Shown piece by piece: positions 53,101 through 64,000 of a stretch of 64,000 nt of DNA. Where the stretch lies: assembly GCF_000143415.4 (NCBI RefSeq), contig NW_003314340.1, forward strand, positions 818,470 to 882,469. The letters are read 5' to 3'. The notes under the pieces were generated by a model. That model ran no database searches. It was not told the origin of the DNA and worked only from the letters and a program-made list of their open reading frames with translations. The translations under genes and the position numbers were made by a program. Within the stretch, counting starts at the first letter, position 1; each line of letters begins with the position of its first letter. The DNA comes from Selaginella moellendorffii (Eukaryota > Plantae > Lycopodiophyta).

Positions 53101-56100
53101 CTAATGCATATATTAGTTGTACATTATAGTCAACGGAGGCAAACTACTCCATGATAGAGAAGGAGTGTTTAGCAACAGGTTGGGGTTTCAAGAAATTTCA
53201 TGCATATTTACATGGTTCTTAGACATTATTAGAAGGGGAGCATACTATAGTTATTTCATTATTAAAACGAAAGAACTTGATTGGTTATATTACTTAATGG
53301 GCTTTGAAATTTAGATATATAATTTTGATATTGTTTGTCACCCAGAGAGTTCTATAGCTAATGATGATGCCCTTTCTTGAGCTCTTCTTTTTTCTTTGTT
53401 CTCTTATCATATTTCTAATAAATATGTTATTCCAGCATCTATGGATTTTTTGGACGAGGATTCATAAGTACGTGAACTTTCAGTATTCAGATTAGGAAGG
53501 TTATTTGTCATCTCTTTAGTATATATATATATAACAAGGGTGCAGAGTTTCATTGGTGCTTCACCATATAAACTCCTACATGGTCATGATCTAATACTAC
53601 TAATAGAGTTGGGTTTACCTTCGTGATTGTTGTAAGCTGCCGATACTAAGTTATGGGATCAATATTTGATGAGCATTCTTCCACTTGTTCGAGTAGAGTC
53701 TATCGAACACTTAGGTCGTATACAAATGGGATAACAACGATGCTATAACTCCCATCATCATTCACCTGTGTAGTACAAAATAGATGACTTGCTGTTAGTT
53801 TATTTTCCTCATCTTATGGTACATGGTTTATCTAAGGGGCTCTTTGCTCAATGGAAAGGTCCATATAAGGTGTTGTGGTAAGTTGGACTGAAATTTATGG
53901 GGTTCAACATGACATCCAACAAGCTGATCCTCTAGAAATTGTGCATATATAATAGCTAAAACATTTTCTACAAAGGGATTAAGAACATTTAGCACCACTT
54001 ACAAATCCACCAATGCTTCCTTATGATATTTCTTTAGATCCCAACCTATCTATGAGAGAATTTTGATGGTTATCAATCATTCCAAGAGGAGGGGATGACG
54101 TAAGGTCAAAATGTATAATTACAATGCTATATACAAATATTAGTATAGTGGGATTTTGGTATTTATTGGATTGATTTCAATTTGGACCACTAAAAACACT
54201 AAATTCTAAGTTTTGAGAGTGACTAAGAAGGCATTAAAGAGAGTGTGTGAGGAGTAGTGAGGGAGGGAGTATGAAGGATGGCAGTAATAACACACATGTC
54301 GTAGCAACATCACACAGGGCTCTCCTCCTTCCTCCTCTTCCTCTCTTCTTTCGAAAGAAGAATTTTTGCATTTGGATTTTGATTTCTCCCAAACGGTTGG
54401 GAGTTTTTTTATTCCTTTGACGGGGGGCTTGTAGGAGTGGAGCTTCACATCCTCCTACAACAATGCAACAAGATCTGCCACAAATCTAAAGTTCTCGCTC
54501 ACCCTTGTTGCAAGTAGGGTTTGCAAGCTTTCACAATTTGGGGCTTTCGGTTCTAAAGGGAAATCAAGTTGTGGGAGTGATTAAGGCAAGGAAGAGGGAC
54601 ATCACTAGCATCACTAGTCCTCCATTTGTTTCACCGGAGCGGCATGGCAAAAGACAAGCTTGTTTTCTCCACATATCTCTCCCATGGCATGGTTTTCACT
54701 CTTTTTCTCGATTCAACTTCATGGCTAACATTTAGGGAGTGGCAACAAGCATTTCCAGCAGTGGCACTTCATTCAACTCTACAATCCAGGAGATCTAGAT
54801 GACCCTAGCTCGCACTCTAGAATTAGGGTTCTTGGGCAGCAACTAGGGTTAGGGTTCTTGGTGGATCTATTCTAGGGCTAGGGTTGTTAGGGCTTCTAGG
54901 GTTGGCGATGGTGGGTCACTGTGGTCTTAGGAGGCTCTTAAGGTATCTCAACAGTGAACGAACAATTACAAAAACTCTAGAAATGAAGCTCTTTGCCAAG
55001 ATCTATGCGATCTTGCTTGCCTTTGACACCTGATAAAGATGGTAGTGGCCAAGGATTGGTAGAGCTAAATGTCACCTTGGGGGTGGCTTGGAGCAATTGA
55101 GACTTGAAAAAGTTCCCAGCTTTCTAGATTTTCTTTGGAAGACCATTCATAGTGTCTTGCTTTGAGGATGGTCAGGAAGGGAGGATTTTTGGATCTAGTG
55201 GCAAGGATTGTTGCCACAATTAAAACTAGTGGCAGACAAAGTTAATTCGGTATTACACACGTACAAGATTTATATATTTCTTCTCCAACACTTGTTCTAG
55301 AGCTTTACTCCCTTAGGAGAAAGTTTATGCCCTTTCTCTAGTCCCTATTATAGGGCTAGGACTCTAGTGAAGATGAGCTGACACACTTGTCCCGTGTGGG
55401 AGGCAAAGTAGTACACTCTAGCCTTGAGTTGGAGGACGTTCACACTTTGTATGGAGTTATGTGTTGGAGTATTATTGCAATTGGACACTATTTTGGCACC
55501 GAAAGCACATTGGTGGTGGAGTGCTCCGTGGCAAGTTTCGCAGGTTATGGAGCATAATAGATGGTTTCAAGCTTCGTGGTGGAGTCACCTAGGAGGCAAA
55601 CAGCCCAAAAGTAGCACTAGACGTTTGTGTTTGTAATTTTGCTACTTTCTCTAAGAATGTGCTTTCAATATTGTTTTGATCCCTTTGGGACTAGGGTAAT
55701 GTACATATATGTTTATCAATATAAACCACTTGCTTTTATGTATAAACTATGGATTTTGGGTTAATTGATATGCATATTTCCTGTATTCTCTTTCTGTATT
55801 CCATGCACTCGCACTGGTGGGGTTAAGGAGTAACTTTGATTGTCCTTGAGAAATGCTTAGATTTGGGATTTTTAGTTTATATCTAACTTTTGCATTATCT
55901 AGATCTCCCTTTTCTTCTAGTTTTTTCCATTTCCTTTTTTTTTTTGTTTAGATCTAGCTTTTAGATTGTCTAGATCCCTTTCCTTTTAGCTTTTTCCATT
56001 TATTTTATTTTGCTCTTTTTTTTTAAATTTCACTTCATGGTAGAGCGATAGTCTCCTCCTTTGACTTTAAAGCAATAGTTTGTGCAATTGCTTAATGCTA

Positions 56101-56350
56101 TGTGATTGTAGTTGAACAACCAAACTCAATTAATGGCGACATTCATGGTGTGTGGTACAACTTCTCATGCTCTTGTTGCCAATCCTCATGTTCAATTGAA
56201 GTTTTTCGATGGGAATCCTGGGGATGATGTATACCATTGGTTCAATCACTTCATAGTGATTGCCACATATCATTCTTGGGATGATGCTCAACATTTACAT
56301 AAGTTTTTTATGTATCTCAAAAGAATGGCACTATAGTGGTACAATAATTT
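50119..56350 (+). mobile_element. Decayed Ty3/gypsy LTR retrotransposon: short LTR, gag-pol, PPT, second LTR with an extra segment, then a second truncated gag
   Basis: RT remnants KEMLEKGVI..KPDGSIHLCIDY..LN..YHLP..DLLD.L..FTKLD and FIDDVLIHSK; RNase H LCVDTSD; integrase-tail WKGPYKV; PPT AAGAGGAGGGGA at 54084-54095. 50130-50205 matches 54110-54190, and 50205-50820 matches 55730-56345. Many in-frame stops. Confidence 0.9.
54191..55724. mobile_element. 1.5-kb non-coding segment (solo-LTR-like) inside the second LTR
   Basis: Flanked by ACCAC at 54186-54190 and 55725-55729; the first LTR has a single ACTAC at the equivalent position. A second partial copy lies at 58720-59845. Confidence 0.65.
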
Positions 56351-57140
56351 ACAAGTAAAGTGATAATTAATTTTGAAATAATATTAAAAATAGCTTTAAA
56401 AGAGATAAAAGTCCTTTTTCAAATTCTTATAATACTTCATTTAAAGGCTAAATACATTGATAGTAAACAAGAGAAAAAGGAAAGACATTAACTACCTAAT
56501 TTAACTGCTATCTAGGTCTTGGGCACACAATGCACCATCAATCTGTTTGATCACCCATGAGTAGGCTGTATGAACATCTAATCTAGGATAGGTACTGGCT
56601 GAAAACTTTAGGATAGAGTCATGCTCACATCATTCTTAATTGCTACCAGGAAGATCTTCACTTTCTCAGGCTTGGCAACTTCAACATGATTGATAATGAC
56701 GTAGTCCGAGTTGCCTTGATATCTTGGATAGTGGTAGATGCTATGCAGCCAAAGGTACTTGCTCCTTGTATGACCTACAATAGGTTATGAAGCCACAGAC
56801 TAGAGGATGCACTTGCACTCAACAATGAAGACAATCGAGTATAGCTTCAAGCTACACAATTCACAATACTAATGCTAATGACAAATTTAAAGAGGCGTAA
56901 GATGCAAATACCTATTTGGGAGGATGTCCTTGGGCACTAGATCCTCAACAATTGTGAAGCTCCAAGCAGGAAATCAGTCTTGTGCAAACAAGTGTGTGGA
57001 GAAGTGGAACACATTACTCTTAAGTGCATAGAGCTTGGGAAACATAGTACGAATGAGAAAACAAACCCTCTTAGATAGAACCACTATTGCATTCTTCCTC
57101 TTGGGATTGCTCTCCAAAATTTTCCTTAGTGTTTTAACTT

Positions 57141-57955
57141 TTAGATTGATGAAGTCTTTACACAATTTACATTAATTGAATAAGTGAGGCTCGGACGATC
57201 AACACTAGGTAGGAAGGCTACGCACAGACAATCTCCAATTGAATTGACTCTTTGGCCTTTCTCTTCACAAGGTGCAAACACCGAAATTTGGATAATTAAG
57301 TATTTTCTGTCACTTAAATATATTCCAGGACACTATCACTAGCAAAGGTTGGAATCTCTTTAGAACACTAAGTCAAGTTGATTGGATGCTATAAAATTGT
57401 TGAGTAACTTTCTATCAATTGGCTTTTCTATTAGTTTTGGTTTCACTACCATAAATCTATGGTTAGTTTGAGTTTAGAAAGTAAACACGTACTTTAGAGG
57501 AGTAGCAAGAACATGTTGTCCAATGATAAAGAAAAATTGTTTCTTGATTAGATTGATGAAGTTTTTACACAGTTTACATTAATCAAATAAGTGAGTTTCA
57601 AACAATCAACACTAGGCAGAAAGGCACATATAGGCAAACTCCAATCAGACTAACTCCTTGGCCTCTTTTTTCACATGGTGCATACACCCAAATTTGGATG
57701 ACTAATTTTTCTTTATTACTTAAGTATATTCCACAATAATATCATTAGTAGGGGTTAGAATCTCTCTAGAACACTAAATCAAGTAGATTGAATGCCATAA
57801 AACTATTGAGTAACTCTCTACCAATTGACTTTTTTATTAGCTTTGGTTTCACTACCATAACTCCATGGCTAGTTAAACTTCAGAAGGTAAATATGTACTT
57901 TAGAGGAATAGCAAGGAAATACTATCCAATGGTAAAGAAAAGTTATTTCCTAATT
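57141..57955. repeat. Two-copy tandem repeat, period about 407 bp
   Basis: TTAGATTGATGAAG..TTTACAC..TTTACATTAA at 57141 and 57548, with collinear similarity through TGGTTTCACTACCATAA and TACTTTAGAGGA. Confidence 0.9.
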
Positions 57956-58719
57956 TGACCATGCCAAAGAAGACACACTACAATATACAAATTGTTTGAA
58001 AAGTTGACACCAAATGAAAAATTATACCTTCCAATGAAAATGTGCGCTTTTGTTGCACTCAATGATAAGCTCTTGAGTTTAGCCTTCCTAGACAGCCACC
58101 CAGCCCAAACCCAAGGATGCTTAACCTTAAGTATCTTAAAACCTTTAACTAATTGAAAAAAAAAGGATGCATTCTTTTCCTTTTACATTTGAACCTCTAT
58201 TGATCATCTTTCAAATTTTTCTTTTTAGTTTACAATTCACTAGCTTCTTTGCAAGTTCATGCCCTCATGAACGGAAGTTGAGAGCCACAACTCTCCTAAC
58301 AACCCCACTTTCTTGACACCCTATCAATCGAGTCGAGCCTAGTTGGAGGTAAATTGAACCTGCTAGATATTAATTTCAACATATAGTGTGATTCTTTTAG
58401 TTATTTTAGAAAATGCTTTAGTTTAGTCCTTTAGTATACACACCATTAGAACACAAAAGGTTGCAAAGTAAACCATATGAGTCCAAAAAAGTTTTATCCC
58501 TGATATGACGTTCACTCTCAAAGCACAAGTTCATACTTCCTAAGCATTACAATTAACTCTTTTAAAGACATTTTCAAACATATAGATAGGCCCAAAGTTA
58601 TGAAAAAGAAATTTGGATAAATGTTTTAAGTCCGTCTCCCCTTATGATAGAGAACCTTCTAAGGTCAAAAAAGATAATTTATGGAATTGTAAATTACCTA
58701 ACATAAGATAGCCTCAAGC

Positions 58720-59845
58720 ATAATCTTTGACACCCACATGAGACAAACATGCTAGCTCATCTTTGACAAAGTCCTAACCCTTCAATAGAGATTAGGGAAA
58801 GGGCACAAACCTCCTCCTAAGGTAGAAAATTGCTCCAAAGTAAGTGTTAAAAAAGAAATGTATGGATCCCCTATGCATGTAACATTAAATTGACTCTGTC
58901 TACCACTAGCCCCAATTGTGGCAACAATCCCTGCTACTAGATTTAAAAATCCTTCCTTCCCAATTGTCCTCAAAGTAAGACACTATGTATCGTCTTCCAA
59001 AAAGAATCTAGAAAGTTGGGAATTTTTTCAAATTTCAATTGCTCTAAGTCAACCCTAGGGTGACATCCAGCACCACCAATCCTTGACTGCTACTATCTTT
59101 ATCACATGTTAAGGCAAACAAGATCACAGAAGCTCCATTTCTAGAGCTTTTACAATTATTCGTCCATTGTTGAAGTACTTTAAAAGCCTCCTAGGACCAC
59201 AGTGACCTACTAGAAGCCTTAACTACCCTAGCCCTAGAACAAGGGAACCCTAACCCTAGCTATCCAGATTTCTTATATCCCAAATCAGATTGAAACACCA
59301 TTGCTAGGAGTGCTTCTTGCCACTCCCTAGATGACAATTATGAAGTTGAATCGAGAAAAAGAGCAAAACCCAAGCTATAGAAAAGAAAAGAGGAGAAAAT
59401 AAACTTATTTTCTGCCATAGCCGCTCCAGCGAAGCTAGTGGAGGATTGGTGATGCTAGTGACATCACTCTTCCTTGCTTCAATCACTCCCAAAACTCAAT
59501 ACCCCTTTAAAACCAAAAGCATGAAGCTTGCAAACCCTAGTTGCCACTGCAACTAGGGTGAGTGAGATCTTCATATCCATGCCAGATCTCACTGCGCTGT
59601 TGTAGGTGGATATGAAGCCCACTCTTACAAGTCCCCCCGTTGAAGGAATCAAAGAAATTCCCAGCCATTTGGGAGAAATTGAAATCAAAATGTAGAAATG
59701 CTTTTTTCGAGAGAAGAGGGGAAGAAGAAGAAAAAGGAGAGCCTTGCATGATGCTGCTGTCCTCTACACTCCCTCCCTTGCTCCTCCTCACACTTTCTCT
59801 CTCTAATGCCTTCTTGCTCACTCTTGAAACTTAAAATTTATGGTA
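58720..59845 (-). repeat. Inverted, diverged partial copy of the 54197-55410 segment
   Basis: For example GGATTGTTGCCACAATT near 55205 versus AATTGTGGCAACAATCC near 58914; further blocks are collinear in reverse. Confidence 0.9.
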
Positions 59846-60228
59846 TGTGCTAAGTGCTCAAATCCAATGTTGCTTAGTTTGTTGTTGTTTTTGAAATCTC
59901 TCCTTGAGAGCAAAGGTTACAAAGGAGCTTCTGGAAGAAGAATTAAGCAGAAAAATTGATAAAGTTGCTCTAACATTACCTTCCTTGTGAGGAGGAGTTG
60001 GTAGTGACATGGTCAAAGAGTCCGCAAAATATATCATAGAGATAAGTGTGATGGCCATTCCCATAATGAGCATGGGCACTCCAACTCAATTATAGTCTCA
60101 CAGCTTGCTTAACAATGAGCTGTAGCATAATTACATGTAGTAGAGCACTATCACTAAAGCAAGTAGCAAGTGCCCATTCAGCTAGAACAAAAACAAACAA
60201 TCATTCATACTCAGTAGAAAAAACATCA

Positions 60229-63200
60229 TTACTTGAGGATGCACAAAGATAATAGAAAAAGAGATGCTAAGAGATAGCAAGCTTGTGATAAAGAAGAGAT
60301 TGAGCTTGCAATTCTGATAAGCAAGATTGAACCACTTACACAAATATCCCAAGGAGCCCGGGTAGGTTTTGAGCTCATGAGCTCACGGCTTCTCAAACAC
60401 AAGAAAAACATTGGTTCGTTCCGAACCAACATCTTTCCATTTTTCAAATTTTGATTTAATCTATATTTCCAAGTAAATTCGACCAATAAAATACAAATAT
60501 AAATATAGATCCGAACACTAAAAGCAATCTGAAAACACTTCTCAAGCTCCACAACTGTAAGGCTTGCTTGGTGGATGTGATGGTCGATCTTAGGATCTTG
60601 GTTTAGTTCCTGCATAAAAATGTAATAGATGGGCATGCAGGCTAAATATACCTTTCCCCTGTTCTCCCGCTGTGTAAAATCTGGACAAGTACAGAATGGA
60701 TTTTCACAGATTTTAACAGTGTAGCTCGTACCCTTTGATGACTCAGTCACAATAATAAATTCTTTAGCCATAGCACTGATGTAGTTTGTCTTTGTGATTA
60801 TGCACTTTAGCTCTTTTGCCAACTTGATCTTCTCTTGTGCACCTTTTGAAATGGAAGACCTGTATTGTACAGCCTTCCCATTCCTAGCTGGTCGTGTATG
60901 CCGGTCTAGTGTTGATATTGGTGGCATAGTAGTACTCACAGCAACATTTGAGGAAGTCTTTAGCTTGAAACTTGCTCTCTCCAGACTTTCAATCTCTTCT
61001 TTCAAAAGATTGCAGCTTCGCTCAACTGGCCACTCCTCTGGCACAGAATCTGGCTTCAAAATAATTGAGCTGTGGATCCGGCTTGTATGAGTAACATTAG
61101 TCCCACAACAGTAAATCCATCTTGACTGGCGGCCCTTCACTCCTAGATCTCGACAGCCCCAGAAACATGGCACTGCTGAAGAACTTGAACCTGAGCGCAC
61201 AAAAGCGAGACACTGACCTCGACTCCCAATCATTCCAGAGCAACGTGCATTGCTCTTGGCACTGACTCTTCGAATTGCCCAGTTGATACGAGAAACTGGC
61301 TCACGAGAAATAACCTTTTCAACCTCTGGCACTGGACTTACTTGTGTAACAACTGGCACCTCTTCCACCCCATGTTCCTTAGTTCTTTTCCGGTGTCGTG
61401 GAACAGAATGGTAGTCAAACTCTGGACGGCGAGAGCTAGAAGGAGTGATGTTTGACCCATCAAATGTCTGTCGACGCTTCATACAAGCTGTTCTCATGTC
61501 CCCAAGTGGTTCATAACTTGATTTCATAGGAGTTCCAACAACAACTTCCTCCACCATCTTAGACATTGACCCTGCTGCTGGTGTTGTCCTTCTACCAACC
61601 CGCTCTTGAAGCCTGTCTAAGTTCGGACCTGTACCAGCAAGCCTTGCTTCCTATGCAACCAAAGCTTTTGATGACTGCTCAAGAGATCTAATGAGGTCAA
61701 AGAGTGTAGCTTCATAGAGGGACACTTTTCCTTTCCCTGCTTCGGAAGCTCTCCAACTCTAATGTTTGCTCTCAGAGAGATTAATTGTTGGTGTAAGTGT
61801 AATATCATCAAGTGGTTGATCCTACAAAAAATGCAACATTTGAATGTGACAAGAAAGAAAATGAGAGAAAGCTTATATGGAGAGTATAATGACCCCACTG
61901 AAACATTTGAACTTCCCACCATGCAAGCCAGCATTCCATTTGTGGAAGGTTTTCAATTGGCACTTTGTCTCCTTCACGTGACCATATGCACATTTCATTT
62001 GCCTTTGCCTCATGCTCCTCTTTAGTTGGTGCATCCATCCATTCCCGACACAGCTACTTGAACTCGTGATGGAAGGTAGACTTGATGCATCGGCAATGTT
62101 CATTGACGCTCTTTGCCCAATGAAACTCACAACTCTTCTCTCTACCTTGTAATGATTGACTTTTATCACCTCTGAATACTTGCTGTACAACTAACCAGTT
62201 AGCACCAGCTGCATCTGCCATGAAACCACAGAAGTTGGGTTTCTTCCCGGTTCGCTGTCAACAACCTCGGACATACATGTCCAAAAGATGGTTTGTGCTT
62301 GAAAATCTTGAACCTTGAATTCAGCTATAGCTATAGTCAAATTGCACTGCAACCTATAAAAGGAATGGTTATAATGTAAATCGGTATGGATCCGTAACAA
62401 ATGAAAAACCACGTACTTGTGATCATAAACATGAGCTCCCATTGTTGACCAGCCTGAAACTCGTTCCATATGGTCAAAATGGATCCAGGAATTAGCCAAA
62501 TCCCCATCTCCATCCATATCCATTCGTTGTACAAGGTCCACACCAGAAGCAGGACCAAGGGTAGACATCTTAAAGATGAAAGGGCGTTGATTGTTCAAAG
62601 TCATTTGGCTAATGAATAAACTCCCATGAATAAACTCATAGGGACATTTTCTCTTTAGCTCCAAAATCCCATCCAATCCAGATTGAAGCTTTCCATCTCA
62701 CCCTTCTCGCATCCAGTTCTTTATTCTACCAAAAACAAGAGTGTTATTAGTGATAAAGTAGAGTTAAGTGTTCTGTTTAAATTTGTCATAGGTTCTATAT
62801 TTCGAAGTAGGTCCTTCAAGCTATTCTCCATGAACTCTTTTTTGCTATCTAATTGTAACAACATGTCCACCACATAGTCCTTTAGTACAAACTGTTGAAC
62901 ACACTTTGGAGTTGCTGCACTTTTCTTCCTAGCCTCTGTAGTAACAGCAGTCTTCAATTTGCGAAAAGAATCACAGCGGATTCCTTCCTCGATTGCATGT
63001 TGGTGGTATCCAACATGCACTGCTGCTCTGCCTAAACATCCATCCCGTGGAAGAAAATAATACATTTTCGCATCGCAACATGCTTGACACACAGGTGTTG
63101 CCCCGCATTTGTGACATCTAAATCCTGTAGCAACTTCATCACGCCTAGGGGGATTGATCACTGAGCCTTCAAAGAAACACATATTCTTGCCATGATCAGA

Positions 63201-63900
63201 AATGCATTTCTCAGCAACACACTGAAGCTGTCCACCGCAATGGACTATGGACACAGATCCATCCGAATAAGAGAAGTGGGTCGTCTTTACTCTGCACCAA
63301 TTATGTGGATCAAGACACGTCTCTATACCCCTTTTCCTACTTGACGAACTTGCTGGTGGAAACTCAAAGAATATATTCCCATTATAGGAAGAAGGAAGCT
63401 CCTCACCTCTCATGTACTGGAACTCCTTCAATTCCAACCGTAATGATCAAGATTGCCGAAATGCCTTATCCACCACTTCAAAAACTGGTCCAAAAGGAAC
63501 ACACCTACTTGTCTGGGAAGCTATGTCGGGAAGCTCATCTTCTTCATTTTCGTCACTGGAGAGAATAACAACTTCATCCTTCACTCCTTGCACAGTTGGC
63601 TATGAAACTGATGTGCTCTCCTCTCCTCGCTTCGGAGATTCTGTAATTAGAATCTCTTAACCTGTACATCTATCAAGATCCCATTGAATCCCATTCTCTC
63701 TCACACCACTGTCGAGAAGAATGGATTTTTCTATCTAATTACCCTTATCACGACATATATTTTCCAAACTAACTGATCCTGGTTTCAGCTTGAATCTTCT
63801 GCAGAGGAAGGTCTCTCCTATAACACTCTTAGAGAAAACAATTGGAGGCTCTTGATCGAACTTCAAATAGAATTCTCTCATATCTTCTCCTTGCTCGAGC
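60229..63900 (-). mobile_element. Degenerate Mutator-like (MULE) transposase: GCM-like Zn domain, DDE core, Cys/His module and SWIM finger; 5-prime end probably beyond the window
   Basis: Core motifs WIHFDH (D1), GFMADAA (D2), SCEFHW (MULE CxxH) and TPTINLSESKH (E); SWIM-like CTCPDF..ACMPIYY. Disabled by TAG at 62054-62056, further stops and a frameshift near 62250. Confidence 0.8.
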
Positions 63901-64000
63901 ACTTAGAAAAAAATTTGGAGAGAAACTGACAAGAAAGAACAAAGATATTCTTCTGTATTGTGAGCATTAATTAGCTATGTCCTTGCAAAGGACAAGTTAA

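Noticed and set aside
56480-57120. Coding-like minus-strand segment (GHTRSKYLWLHSIYHYPRY...)
   Set aside because: Short, interrupted and not assignable to any family by eye.

Overview
Eukaryotic land-plant nuclear DNA, most likely a lycophyte such as Selaginella (inferred from very short introns, tight gene spacing, and SS-motif and E-truncated PPRs). Bases 1-47,400 are gene-dense, with about 17 intact protein genes: RPB9 (cut by the window edge), a DREB/TINY AP2 factor, an enoyl/methylglutaconyl-CoA hydratase, two PLS-E PPRs, a CUC/NAM-like NAC, eIF3m, DCP1, a PAN-domain GPI-type protein, an ILR1-like amidohydrolase, HUB/BRE1, TatA, F2KP, a DUF662 golgin, RPB8, an At3g27390-like membrane protein, gluconokinase and KONJAC/GMPPA. 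This part also has tRNA-Leu(UAA), an intron-containing tRNA-Tyr(GUA), an alpha-expansin fragment and a PPR pseudogene with an inverted half. Bases 47,400-64,000 are AT-rich decayed transposons: a Ty3/gypsy LTR-internal-LTR-gag tandem with a nested 1.5-kb segment, an inverted second copy of that segment, a ~407-bp tandem repeat, and a degenerate Mutator-like transposase with a GCM-like zinc domain, an unassigned Cys/His module and a SWIM finger. The best leads are this GCM-MULE and a DYW-less PPR built from long-L motifs. All homology calls come from recalled motifs read by eye, not from database searches, and exon boundaries are manual.
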